64,000 bases of DNA from Epithemia pelagica (lineage: Eukaryota; Protista; Bacillariophyta): assembly GCA_946965045.2 (NCBI GenBank), contig OX337230.1, forward strand, positions 1 through 64,000. Direction: 5' to 3'. Positions 20,839-32,809 of the stretch are shown one piece after another (within the stretch, counting starts at the first letter, position 1; each line of letters starts with the position of its first letter). The notes under the pieces are model-generated. The model saw only the letters and a program-made list of their open reading frames with translations. It was not told the origin of the DNA and made no database searches. A program made the position numbers and the translations under genes.

Positions 20839-21062
20839 TTCAGCGGGTAGGGAAGCGGAGGAATCAATGGATTCTCCAGGGGCAACTATGGCACTCTTCC
20901 CCAATGGCAACCGACACACCAACAAGGACATCTCCGACAAGGACTCTAGCTAGACTCAGCTGATGTAGGAGTAGGAAGTTATTCACAAATACAGCGGGTA
21001 GGGAAGCCCGGAGGAATCAATGGATTCTCCAGGGGCAACTATGGCACTCTTCCCCAATGGCA
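20839..21062 (+). repeat. Modular direct repeats (two ~70-bp copies plus modules shared with ~48385-48555)
   Basis: cagcgggtagggaagc(c)ggaggaatcaatggattctccaggggcaactatggcactcttccccaatggca occurs twice; the ccgacaaggactctagctagactcagctgatgtaggagtagg module also occurs at ~48510. Confidence 0.85.
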
Positions 21063-22430
21063 CAGAGACCGAAGTCTCCATGCCATACGCCATACCTGAT
21101 GACACAAGGACAAAGTCCTCGTGCCACCAGGGTTTTGTGATAACACCGACAACCGACACACCAACAAGACAAGGACTCTAGCTAGATAGACTCAGCTGAA
21201 GTAGAATTTAGGAGTAGGAATCTGTAGAAACAGAAGAAGGGGTAGAGTGAGTTAGGATGAGTAGGAAAGATTCATTACCGTGCGCACGTACCACTGGCAA
21301 CCGACAACCGACAAGTTATTTTTCTTTCTTTTTCTGTTTTTTTTTATTTTTTTTCTTTTTCTGGGTTTTTTGGATTTTTTTCAACAGCACCACTACAAGT
21401 AGCCGAACCCCGTACCCGCGGACAAAAGACGAGCGGATCGTCGAACGTGCACCATTCGGCGTCCCTTTTTGGAGTAGGCAACAACAAGGATCCTGCCCAA
21501 ACGCGGCGAGTCCTCGGGGCCGGAGGAACTCTCGATCACGCTTTGGGGGGCATTCTCATCGATTTGAGGCGAGGTATCTTTTCGGGTGGGGGTGGGGGGA
21601 GGAGGGGTGGCGACCATGGAAGAAGGGGTAGGATTTCGAGGGGGTGAGTCGTGCCCCAAAGTGATTTCGTCGTCGTCGTCGGGGATGAGCGCGGGTTCAG
21701 GCTCAGAACGGTCGACTGGAGGGGTCTCCTCGTCGTCCTCGAGATCCTCTGCGAGTGCGAGAGGAGGGAAGTCCAAGTCAGCGTCGAACTCGCAAGGCAG
21801 AACAGCAACAGTGTCGACGTCGACCTCCTCCTCGCGATCGCGAATCTCGATCTCTCCATCTTCCTGACGACCGGCAAGCTTTTCTTCTTCCTGACGACCA
21901 TTCTCGCAGTTCTTCGCAGCAAGCTTTGCTTCGGCAATGGCCAGCTGCTGTTGAAGCTGAGCTTTGTCGTGTCGAAGCTGTCGAAGCTCCGCATGTTCGT
22001 GTCGAGGCTCCGCAGTTTCGCTACTTGTAGTACGACTTTTCTTGCTGAAAATGACCCGAAGCAGGTGTTGGACTATTAGTTTCGCCTCATCGAGGACATC
22101 AGCGACACCGTAACACAGTATGAGAGTCACGAAGGGAGCAACTAACAGAGCCCATTCGGAGCTGATCATCTTTTCGTAACAGTAATCACAATCACACATC
22201 ATCATGGTCAATCGTATTTCGTTCGTCGTTTGTTTTTGTGCGTGTTGGATTGTTGCGTGTTGTTGGCGTTTCGTGTTGATTGGCGAAGCTGCGGGGCAGC
22301 GGGGTCGGTTTAACACAGCGCAACAATCAACCGTCGGGGCAGTCTTGCACGCACCTCTACGGCAACAACACGTTCCTCGAGGGCAACGGAGTTCGGCGCA
22401 ACAATCAACCGTCGGGTGCAGTTCCACAAC
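21059..22430 (-). repeat. Dispersed repeat R, copy 1 (carries ORF)
   Basis: Colinear with 48385-49960 in the same orientation, with small indels. Confidence 0.85.
21393..22205 (-). CDS. Hypothetical protein: Cys-rich start, one TM helix, coiled coil, acidic/Pro region, C-terminal VRRSARL motif
   Basis: Within ORF 21393..22490; likely start MMMCDCDYC; TM WALLVAPFVTLILCYGVA; paralog at 48609-49711. Confidence 0.55.
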   Translation of the reverse strand: MMMCDCDYCYEKMISSEWALLVAPFVTLILCYGVADVLDEAKLIVQHLLRVIFSKKSRTTSSETAEPRHEHAELRQLRHDKAQLQQQLAIAEAKLAAKNCENGRQEEEKLAGRQEDGEIEIRDREEEVDVDTVAVLPCEFDADLDFPPLALAEDLEDDEETPPVDRSEPEPALIPDDDDEITLGHDSPPRNPTPSSMVATPPPPTPTRKDTSPQIDENAPQSVIESSSGPEDSPRLGRILVVAYSKKGRRMVHVRRSARLLSAGTGFGYL

Positions 22431-22776
22431 AGAGGGGCATCGTGACACGGTCGCAAGAATGGAGATGAAGAATTCCATTGCGGCAATCAAGGAAGACGCT
22501 CGTCGATGCTACATGAAAGGTGCTTCATGAAAGGTGCTACATGAAAGGTGACTACGGGACTTCAATTCGCCATTATACCATGGTATTAGAATGCTATCCG
22601 AAAGCCCAGCTTGTATCCAATTGGGAGATTTGTTAGCAGTTCTCCATTCGAAACGAGCAGCCTCACTGTTAATGATTGGGTCTTTTCGAAGTGTCGGCCT
22701 GTGATTGCCGTGATGGCCTTAAGCACATGTCCAAAAACGGAGAGCATTTCTCTAGAGATGGGGGCCACCGCTCGAA

Positions 22777-24201
22777 GTGAAACTCTTAACACGACATGGT
22801 CGGGCGCTTCTGAAGCAAGGTGACTTTGATGGTGCCTCCAAATCATTCGACGAAGCGATTTGCAAGGCGCAAGTTGCCATTGAAAAGAGTGCCGTGGTGC
22901 ACAGTCGAGAGGACCATATGATTCGAGTCCTTTGTGCGAGATGGGGCTGTGTCGTCCAAACCAAAGCTTTCCCTTGACGACGAACCACCTACCGAAAACA
23001 GAGACGAACTCAAATGCAACTCTTGGATTTGGCACTGGCGGCTCTTCGAGGGTTGCACCGCATCCATCACGATCGTAGGGTAGTCATGGAAAACACTCTG
23101 GTGGCACAATCCCTGGAGCAACTTCATGCGGAACAAGACAAGGATCAGGGCAAACCAAACAGTTTTTGGCAAACAACCGTCAAGGGCATTGTCAACTTTT
23201 TGACCGGTCGTGCACAAAAAGAAGAAGAAGAAGCAGACTCTGAATCGAAACCAGACGACAATCCCAAAAACTCCAAATCGGATACGGCGATTCACGAGTA
23301 TACCAAAGTGGGACAATCCACCACTCTCAACGTGTTGCGACCCATGCTCTTTTCGTTTGCCCGTTTGCTCCAAGCTCAACAACCACATCGTCGTAATCCA
23401 CTCCGGCAGGAATTGGATTCACCTTGCCCGAATATTGTCGAGAGGCTTCGGAACGCTTTATCGAGCTCTTGGACATTGCACTCAAACAAGATCCCACCTT
23501 TACCATTTTGGATGCCTCGCAAACCGAAAAAGTCCTCCAGTTCCTCTGTCTGGGTGGTACCTTGAACAGTGCAAACATCTGCTCTGCCATTATTATGCGA
23601 CACACCCAAATCCGATCGAAACTCTGTCAGTGACGTGGAATTTGTCATGGCCTTGCTGGATTCGTCCATGTCCAAGTCGGAGTCATTAACCAGCACCTCG
23701 CAACATACGACGCTGCTCACCCTCATTTCTCCTCCGCAAGTGGGACAACACTTTACGACATGGCTGGCGCACTTGTAGCTGCGAACCCTGATTGGGTGTA
23801 CAAGTAAAAGGAGCCGACTACAAACGTGTCCTATGGGCTTATTGGCAAGAAGCTAAGCAAAAAGGAGAAACGCCCCCAGAGGAACTATATTGGTCCAAGA
23901 AAGCATGGGATCTCTTGGTAAAAATGGACAGTCTTACCACTTCCCTGTTAATGAATGCCACCGAGGTTCGAAGGTCGAAATGCTGTACGATATCGATGAT
24001 CCACCGTCACATCACGCCTATGAGATTGTTTTGAACATTATCTGCGAAGAAATTGGTTCCAATGGCGAACCGGCAACACTGCTGTTTTTGAAAGTGCTTG
24101 CCCTGGCCGAACGGAACAAGGTCGATCTGAGTCATTGGAAACTGAATCGCATGCCGGATTGGGTCATGTCGTCGGGGAAACAAGGGACCGAAACCAGTTG
24201 A
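22777..24201 (+). pseudogene. Frameshifted helical-repeat (TPR-like) gene remnant
   Basis: GRALLKQGDFDGASKSFDEAI is TPR-like; the coding signal continues across several frames to 24201. Confidence 0.35.
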
Positions 24202-24229
24202 TAGACTTAAGAGAACCGTGCGCTACAGT

Positions 24230-25715
24230 TTAGGAAATGGCAGCACGGCGAAGATAGCTCCACATTTTATCTCTGCCGAGCTTGCTTTCCGCCGATGTCA
24301 AAACAACAGGAACATCATGCTGTAACGTTTCTCCCATTACCTGGCGCAGCTTGTTCATGACATCGTTGGATACCTTTCCAGAATAGTTTCCCGGTGCTCC
24401 TTTGCTATTCTTATCCGCCTTTGTTACGACAATTACATATTTGGCTGTGGGAGGAATGTTTTCCTCGACTTGCTTCATAATAGCGGCATCCTCTTCAGTT
24501 GGACCATGCCTACTATCAATCAAGTGAAACAAGACTCGTAGGGTTGGGCGAGTTGCAATGTATTCTTGCATAAAGGAGGACCATTCTTGGCGTTGTTTCT
24601 CTGGTACCCTGGCGTAGCCAAATCCGGGAAGCTGGTAGAAGCAGCACGTGTGAGAACGAGCGCGCAATCAGACTCTTTCCAGATGTCCACGAAACAACAA
24701 TTTCACTTACGTCCACCATATAGAACGAATCTGCATCCTTGCTTCCATGCACCATGTCGCCGTATTTGATTTCTTGTTCTCTACCGACCTTGTTATTGAC
24801 GGCAAAAAAGTTGAACTGTTGTGTCATGCCGGGTCGTTTGCTAGTATAGGCCAGTGCTTTGCGGTTCGTCACGGCATTGACCAAGCTACTCTTGCCCACA
24901 TTGCTTCTTCCGATAAAGGCCGCTTCCCCTCGATCGGGTGGAGGACAACCATCCATGTTGACTGCCCCCGTGACAAACAGAACGCGGCGTACCAAGGCAT
25001 TCGAAAGTACCTCGTAGACGCGGTCGTCATTTTCCGAAGGTAAAGTCATCATGACATCCAAAACGGCATACACTACGTTACAGGGAACTTGGAGTTTGCT
25101 CACTTTTTCGCTGTTGGGGCCAAGGAAAGACTCTTTGACTATTTCTCCTGTACGAATCTTGGATTGACATTGACTGGCGCCTTGTAAGAGACGCAAAAAG
25201 GGCACTCCCAGTTCCGACCCCGAAATCTTTGCCTGACGCACAGCAGGTCCCATGGCACACATTATACGACACGCATACACTGCAGCTCGAGGTTCTCCCC
25301 CGAAAAAATGCCACGAGGCAATGGATGCCAGGGCTTGGGCTCGAGATTTTAACAAATTGCATTGTGCTTCAGCCTTTTCGTCCTCGTTGGTTGATATCAT
25401 GGGCAACGACAATTCCTCCTCGAGGATTTGGTACGCCTCAGTCCCATTTCCAGCGCGCAATAGATTTCGTACAATCGCACAACTTTCCAGAGGATTCATG
25501 TCATTGCGAAACTGATTTTGACGATGGAAAATGGCGTCCGTGGCGATTACATGATTGTTGAGACGCAAGGCCGCCACGGCCAGTCGCGATAACAAGGATC
25601 CTTGGGAGCCATTGGCCATAAACGAGTCATTTGTCGTCTCCAACAACAATTTTGCAATTCTCTTGAGTTGAGCCATGATCGGGTAACAGCGCATTCTTTT
25701 GCAGAGAAGGAGCAA
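24230..25715 (-). CDS. engB: EngB/YihA (YsxC)-family GTPase with N-terminal extension; intron 24632-24710
   Basis: G1 GRSNVGKSS, YTSKRPGMTQ, G3 D|LPGFGYA reconstituted by splicing, G4 TKAD, SAESKLG. True start uncertain (may extend to ~26140). Confidence 0.88.
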
Positions 25716-26640
25716 GAAACTGCCGACACGAAGACCACCAATACTTTTGCTTCAAGTCAATCATCATCCAACGAATCCAATGATCCGTCCTTTTCCGAGT
25801 TGGAACTTTGTCTCACCATTTTGTTCGAATGCGTTCGCGTTGCGCAATGGTGCCAACCGTTGATGCATGCAATGCCTGGCAATACAATCTGTCGGGGAGG
25901 GACACATGGGTGGTCGTTGGATCGGGGGATTGTTGGAGTTCCCACAAACTCGGCCTCTTTTTTTAAAACCTCACGTACATACTCATAGTTTGGATCCGCC
26001 AGAGCTGGTGCGAAAGAAACAATCGACAGATCAAAGTGATCCAAAACAGAAGAAGAGGACATGGCGAAACGAAGCAGAGTCTTGACCGTACAATGGCATG
26101 TCGAGTGTGGAGGATGTATACGTTTGGAATATTCGGTCAACTGAATCTATGAAATGATGGATTCCAGGCCAACCAGCACTTGTGTTTTACAGGGCAGAGG
26201 CGTCGATGCTTTAAGATACGACGAGGTGTGTATGGATCGACCATGAACATCACACATCTATCGATATCGTGAGGATGGGCCGCAACAACGAAGGAACAGC
26301 CGGCGTCTCTGGCGGTGCGCCGCGCGCCGTTGGGTCCGTTGACCACGACTGGGGCATAGGTGGAGGATTTCCTAAGTACTTGAAGGTTTGGCTACTCTTT
26401 GGACAGACAGAAGGTCGGTTCGAATGTCTCCCTCCACCATCGTACTCTTTCATCAAGTCTGGTACTCTTTGGAAAACACGAAAGCACCCCCGTGTCAGGT
26501 CGTGTTCTGTATCGAACGCAGTGTACAACCGAAAAACTAATAGCTGCTACTGCTACTCAAACAACAACAGCAACAACACCAACAAAGCACCACATTCTTC
26601 GGTTCCTCTGCTGGACCACTGTCTGTGACGACAACGACCA

Positions 26641-26695
26641 AGAAGAAGAAGAAGAAGAAGAAGAAGAAGAAGAAGAAGAAGAAGAAGAAGAAGAA
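26641..26695 (+). repeat. (GAA)18 microsatellite
   Basis: Perfect GAA run. Confidence 0.95.
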
Positions 26696-26808
26696 TAGAT
26701 TGCAGAGTTTGTTGGCGGGTCAAACAGTTGTTGCCGTCAGCAATCGATCGACCACAACACCTATCCTGTCCTAAGTCTCTTAGCTCATCTGTCCCTTGCT
26801 GATCTGTT

Positions 26809-28173
26809 CTAGGATCCTTTTGAGATTATGCGTACCTGAATCGTTTCTCCTTGTATCAAGCTTGCTTCTTGCAAGGTTTGGTTCCTCAAGGAATCCAAAT
26901 TTCGGGGTGGAAAGGAGGCTGCAGCTCGCAATTCCACGTCCATACCATCGTTGCGGCCATCCAGATAGTGCTCATGACAGAGCAGATACAAGACTTGGAC
27001 TAGTGCACTGTTGGGAAAACGACGGACCAGAACCGGTGACTTTTGGCTGCTGGTTTTGCCCATGAAGCGGAACTGAATTCGACAAGTGTCTGGAGCTCCG
27101 ATCAGTGGTTCCTCCGGAACTGTCAGATTGGCAAGTTCGGTTTGGCTGCTAGTACTCGTTGGGACCGGTTCTGGTGGTTGCGAAGACAATTGCATTGCTA
27201 ATTGCAGTTGCTCTTCTTCGGTCAATCCTTCAATGGCCATATTCATGGAGGAGGAGGAGGATGGCACTGTGGACTTGCCATCGAGACGACGCCCTGCGCC
27301 CGTGACTTTGGTCCAAGGATCGACTCGAGGTTTGTTCAATGTCGTGGCAGTATTCGGATTGCCGGAGGATTGTACGAGTTGCTGTTGCGACGAAAAGGCC
27401 TGTAGCGCATTGTTGTGGAACTGTGGAGTCGCCTTGAGCAAATCTGCCATGTTGTGCCACGTACCTCCTCCTATAGAAGAAGCCGACGGTGTGGGAGGAG
27501 GATAGTCTCCAATGTGTGGCGGAGGCAACCACTGCGAGGGGGCGGCCACACAAAACACGGTATATCCACCCGTCGTTCCAGGTTGTGCGGCTTGCGACAA
27601 TTGCGTCCCTAATTCAAAATGGGAAATGGGAACTGGTCGTTCCAAGGTGGAGTTGAAATTGAAAAAGCGTCCAGCCACTTGCCGAATGGCCAACCAATGA
27701 TCGGATGTGTGCAACAAAAAGGCCGTCACTTGAGTAATGTTTTGTAGACCCAAACGGTCTTTCAATACCGAGTCGGTTAAATGAGGCAACCAATCTCCTT
27801 GGTCGTGACTCAGTTGGTCGTGTTGTTGTTGTTGTTGTTGTAGGGCAAAGTATCGATTGAGACACGTCTTGAGTACTTGAATACTGAAATTACCGCGTTC
27901 GTCGACATTGCCGGACCCTTCTTGGAGGCGTTGTTGGTATTCTCGAGATTGTATTCCCCCTTCATTGCTGGCTGCCATGAACTGCAGCTACAGAGCATCC
28001 AATTCTTGAGCAATCTGCGCCAGTTCGTCCACGGCAAACTGCGATGATTGCACCAAATTGTTCAAGGCATGTTGTCCACACAAGAGGGACTCTTGACGCT
28101 CGTGGTAAATCCACACACGAGAAGGATCCACCGAGGTGTCGTTGTTGTTGTTGTTGCTCAAAAGGGAGGCCAT
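26809..28173 (-). pseudogene. ATXN3: Ataxin-3-like Josephin deubiquitinase (Josephin + UIM + UBX-like) with one in-frame TAG
   Basis: YHERQESLLCGQHALNNL, GNFSIQVL, DHWLAIR, FNFNS, UIM TEEEQLQLAMQLS, UBX-like CRIQFRF..VRRFP. TAG at 27988-27990 between LDAL and LQFMA in the same frame. Confidence 0.87.
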
Positions 28174-29297
28174 TTGGTTGCGCTCTATTCTTCGATGGCT
28201 TCTGTTATGAAGCAATGAGGAGAATGGTTCTCTCCGACGACCAGTTTGGTCGTAATGGGTTGCCTTCTTCGGCTCTGTTGGATGGTCCTTGTCGTCCGTT
28301 GTCATTTTTTTCAAGTTGGTTTCTCGCGACCGACCGACACATCAAAACCGCGACTGCATGTCGTTATCGACAACTAGTCGCAGTGAAGTCGCTTTCAGGC
28401 GAGGAAGAATCAGACGCTGACGAAATCTGTCAGTCCGACATCCGACGTGTTGTCAGTTGTCATTGCGAGCATGATTATGCTGCCTGTCTCTATTGTATTG
28501 CACGGGGCTGGAATCCCGGAAAATATTGGTCTCTAAGTAGGTTTGGCACGACCAAAGCGATGATCATTGCCCCCTCTAAACATCCAGTCCCCAAAAACCC
28601 GAGCCGGACCATGCTTCTGGACCTCAACATGCACGAATCAAGACTACAGACAACCGTGTGATCCGACAATTTCCTTTCTTTGTGGCGTGTCGTTGATCAT
28701 TGCCTTGTTGGTGTTGTGGACCGTCACAGCTTGCTTGTTGTGATTTCCATCCTTGTCAAAGAGGACTTTCTGCTTTTTTCTCTGTATCCAAACAAGAGAG
28801 ATTGAGCAACTTACGCTCTACGATTCGGAACTGCTTCCACGGTTCGTCCTTCCAAAGACCACGACAGCTCGTTCCACAAAAGCAAACCGGTTTGGGCTCT
28901 TGCTGCGGCAAGGCTTGTCCTACACGACGTAGGTAGGTACCGTTGTCCCTGGAGGCCTTTTGCATTCCAAACTTGTAGCTACTGCTGCTGCGGTTGGGAG
29001 TTGCATTCGTCGGTCGTCGTTGCCAACTGTGTACCATGGAATTTTGGAAACTTGAGAGGTTTGTCATGTCGGCACACTCTCACCTGCACCTCTGTTTCCT
29101 CGTTCTCTATCTGGATCCTCTCACTGGTTCTTTGTTTCAAACTCAGTTGGACCTTCCAGCCAGAAACAACCAGAGGCTTTTTGCTGCGACACGGATCGTT
29201 TGGTTTGGTTCTCGTCACTGTCAACCAAAAAGACTTTGGAACGACGCTCCTCCGCACGTTCCCTTGTAGTACTACTAGGGAATCCACCAAAAGAAGG

Positions 29298-32200
29298 ATG
29301 ATCCTTCCACAACCATGTCGGTCCAAGTGGGGGGTGTACCTCCATTGTCTATGCCTTGGCGCGTTTACCATGCTCGTGTTTCTTCGTGGAATATCAGCAT
29401 CGGAGGTTCGCAACCATCCTTCGCCCAACAACCATCAATGGACCGCTCGAGGCCGACGTCGTTTCAATGCCAAATCGCACGAATCGTCCTCTATGGAGCT
29501 GGCATCGATTCACATTCACGACCATCCCAGCGACCAGAACAAGAATCGCCATTTGGCCACTGTGGATGACTTGAATCATCGAGTATACTTGCCCGAATTT
29601 ACCATTCAACTCTACTTGTTGGTCCCCATCCCCTGTACCGAGACTGGCATGGCATCCACCGTACGTTCGGCTCTGCTCACTGTGTGGAACGACATTGCCA
29701 ATCAGTATGCTCCCTGTCAATCCCTCTGGACACTCCCCACATCCGCCGTGTCCGCACTGCCTGTGGAGGTGCAATTGGGAACGGCCCAGTGTGCCAGTCC
29801 CAATCCAGTCGAGGATAAGAACGCTCCACAGTTGATTCACGTCCCAGGAGCACTCATGGACTTTGCGGGGTCCGACGGCATGGCCTTGCAAGACCTTTGG
29901 TCCTCGGCCGCCCTCCAGTGTCTCCACTACGCCGTGACTTCGGTGGATTTGTTGACCACTTTGCAACAACAAGCCTATGCGTTTTTGGCCAGTGTCAATC
30001 ATACCGTAGCCACGCCACCACTCTCCAGCGCACCCACCACGTCTCCGACTACCGACGCTCCCACCACACACATGGCTCCTACAGTCGCTCCCACAGCATC
30101 ATCATCCTTAGTGTCGTCCCCACCACCAACGGTTGGAAAGGAAGGAACCAACAATAACTTGGACGGCATTACCAACGAGAACCAGGACGATTCCGATGAC
30201 AGCAGTAGTAGTGGCGGTGTGCCCTCCTTTATGGGTATTTTGGCGGGATTGGTCGTGCTCATTCTCCTCTTGGTGTTGCTTCTCGTGTGCCTGGTACGAC
30301 GCCGACGTCGTCGTCACAAGAGCTTGCATGGTCAAGCCATTCAACGCAATGCGGACGTTCACAAGAAGCATGCAGCCGACAACCACAAACGGACCGTCCT
30401 CAATCTGGCCGAAGATACACCAGTCACCATCAAGGTGTGTGACCGAGTTCCCAATCAGGCGATCCTTATGATGCACGATGATCCGGAACAGTATCAGAAA
30501 AATCGAAATGCCGATTGTGAGGAGGGTGGTGGCAAGGACGGCGAATATCCACTCTACATGGAAGAATCCATTTCCAAAGAAAGTAAACCTATCGACGACG
30601 ACAAGCAAAACTACACGGACCTTGATCGGCAAGAACGGGGTTTGGCGGTTCCATTCGGCTCCTCGTTGTTGTCCATTGACAACCATCGTTCCATCCAAAA
30701 GACTGCGTCCCAATCCAAGTTGTTGCACCCAGAGGACAGTATTGAGAACCAGCCGACCACGCAAAACTCTCATATGCTCCACAACCTACCTCCATCGCCC
30801 AGCAATGTGCAATCCAATCATCGACGGTCACGAAGTACCAATGACGCTGTTCCCTTTCATTTCATATCGTCACTCATGGCTCAAGATGAGCCGCAAAACA
30901 GCAGCAATGATGACAGTCGGAATCCCTCATTTCCTCGTCGCCGTCTCACTCATCGGCATTCCATGACACATGCCACTCCTCGAAGCACCAGTAGTAGTAG
31001 TAGCATTCCACCCGACGAAATGATTGCCACGAATGGTTCACGCCGGCTTGTCTTGGATCGTTTCCTGGCCGCTTCGCTGCGCGCCTTGAACTTGCAACAT
31101 GTGGCTCTTCAATCCTTTTTGCCAGGCGACCACCAAGACGATGCCGCATCGGGCACGCATGGCACAACTGTCACGGTATTGGAAGAAGACGATTCGACCG
31201 TGACACCCAGTTTGGTGAGCAGCAGCGGTAGTAGCAATCACAGCACTCCTGACCGACCCGAAACAACACAAACTCCACCGACGACGAACCACAAAACACC
31301 CATTCATACTCACGAATCGGTCCGCTATCAGAACTTGAAGGAGGATAGTGAAATCAATAATAAGGCACAATCACCAACGCCCGAACCACCACCACAACGA
31401 CGACGACGGTCCGCATCATGGACCATGCAACCGTTGGCGGATGCAAGCCAGTCGGGAAAACAAACCACCTTGGTCTCTCCAGAGAACGAGCCATCATTGT
31501 CCACAAACACGTTAGTACCCATTCGAAGAACATGGAGTATGACGGGTCTCAACTCTTCAGGTCGCACTCGAAGCAACAGTTTCGGCGTTGGCGATGACAC
31601 TCGTGGCTGGATGGATTCCGCTTTGGAGTTTGGTTCCTCGTCTTTGGATCGTCACCAGACTATAGATCAACTCCGACGACAAGCAGATATGCCATCGGAA
31701 CCTATCTTTTGCCATGATGATGATGATAATGATGAAGACGACGACGATAACGAGCCAGAAGATCCCAGTACCACTGCATTTGTTGATTCGGCTGCTTCCT
31801 TGTCGTCCAAACCGTTGGATGATACCGAAAGCAGTAGTCTTAGTGGCCAAGGCGCTGGCACAGACATGGCATCCCAATCTCAGACCTCGACAACCAAAAG
31901 TACTTCAACAAGTGGGAGTACCACACCCAAAATTCCCACCATTCCTCTTTTGTCACCAGGTGCTCCGGTGTCTCTTCAACACCAACATGAACACAAACGA
32001 CGTTCGTTTACAGTAAAGACTACTGGAACAACACCCATTCGAATGGGATGCGGTGGTGGAGTTTCAAGCACACAATCGCACATGGACCCTCTTGCCGTCT
32101 ATTCCATGGGTTCCTCGTCGAGGGCTGCAGTATCGTCCCCTGGGGACATGGAGGATGACGAAGATGGCAATGAATTCGCACCCGACCAAACATGGGATCC

Positions 32201-32603
32201 CGACGATGCCAGTATGGAATCGTCCACTACAGGAGGAGGCTCACAGCAACCGCATCGTGCCGCTGCCACTCAATTGCTTCAAAGTCTATACGATGCCAAA
32301 CTCCTCCGCACCCCACCATCTGGGAAAGCACGGTCCCACTTCTCCTCCACACGGCCCACCAGCACGACTCGCACTAACCTTGTGACATCAGTCAAAACTG
32401 CATCAACCGTAATGACAACATCCACGACAACTCCACCTCGAACAGTGACTCCTTGGTATCCCACTGCACAACCAAAGGACGCGACTACAGCGGCGGCCAT
32501 ATCGACTCCAGAGAGGGAGAAAAGCAGCGAGGAAAGTGCAGTAGTAGCAGATTCTCAGGACTTGCAATCACGAGAGGACGAAGACATGGAAGGTCTCATA
32601 TAG
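29298..32603 (+). CDS. Large single-pass membrane protein with disordered cytoplasmic tail
   Basis: Uninterrupted ORF; N-terminal hydrophobic segment, Thr/Pro stalk, TM ILAGLVVLILLLVLLLVCLV followed by RRRRRRH. Confidence 0.75.
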   Translation: MILPQPCRSKWGVYLHCLCLGAFTMLVFLRGISASEVRNHPSPNNHQWTARGRRRFNAKSHESSSMELASIHIHDHPSDQNKNRHLATVDDLNHRVYLPEFTIQLYLLVPIPCTETGMASTVRSALLTVWNDIANQYAPCQSLWTLPTSAVSALPVEVQLGTAQCASPNPVEDKNAPQLIHVPGALMDFAGSDGMALQDLWSSAALQCLHYAVTSVDLLTTLQQQAYAFLASVNHTVATPPLSSAPTTSPTTDAPTTHMAPTVAPTASSSLVSSPPPTVGKEGTNNNLDGITNENQDDSDDSSSSGGVPSFMGILAGLVVLILLLVLLLVCLVRRRRRRHKSLHGQAIQRNADVHKKHAADNHKRTVLNLAEDTPVTIKVCDRVPNQAILMMHDDPEQYQKNRNADCEEGGGKDGEYPLYMEESISKESKPIDDDKQNYTDLDRQERGLAVPFGSSLLSIDNHRSIQKTASQSKLLHPEDSIENQPTTQNSHMLHNLPPSPSNVQSNHRRSRSTNDAVPFHFISSLMAQDEPQNSSNDDSRNPSFPRRRLTHRHSMTHATPRSTSSSSSIPPDEMIATNGSRRLVLDRFLAASLRALNLQHVALQSFLPGDHQDDAASGTHGTTVTVLEEDDSTVTPSLVSSSGSSNHSTPDRPETTQTPPTTNHKTPIHTHESVRYQNLKEDSEINNKAQSPTPEPPPQRRRRSASWTMQPLADASQSGKQTTLVSPENEPSLSTNTLVPIRRTWSMTGLNSSGRTRSNSFGVGDDTRGWMDSALEFGSSSLDRHQTIDQLRRQADMPSEPIFCHDDDDNDEDDDDNEPEDPSTTAFVDSAASLSSKPLDDTESSSLSGQGAGTDMASQSQTSTTKSTSTSGSTTPKIPTIPLLSPGAPVSLQHQHEHKRRSFTVKTTGTTPIRMGCGGGVSSTQSHMDPLAVYSMGSSSRAAVSSPGDMEDDEDGNEFAPDQTWDPDDASMESSTTGGGSQQPHRAAATQLLQSLYDAKLLRTPPSGKARSHFSSTRPTSTTRTNLVTSVKTASTVMTTSTTTPPRTVTPWYPTAQPKDATTAAAISTPEREKSSEESAVVADSQDLQSREDEDMEGLI

Positions 32604-32809
32604 TAAACGTAGTTTCTACAAGATCTCGTTGGATTGAGGACCTAATCAACAAGCCATCATGTTGATACTTGTTTGACATCTGGGTTTCCTAACACACTAT
32701 GTACATTTTAACCTAAGGCAAAAGCTCTGTATGCAACGAATATTTCAGCCAACATTTCACCAGAGTCATATGTAGCCTCAAATTTTATTAACCGTTTTCC
32801 CTTTTACTG

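Noticed and set aside
26399-26698. ORF ending in poly-Glu
   Set aside because: Produced by the (GAA)18 microsatellite.
15444-27990. Alternative genetic code explaining in-frame stops in SF1 and ataxin-3
   Set aside because: All three stop types occur, TAA and TAG terminate intact genes in the window, and long ORFs lack internal stops; frameshifted pseudogenes nearby favour decay.
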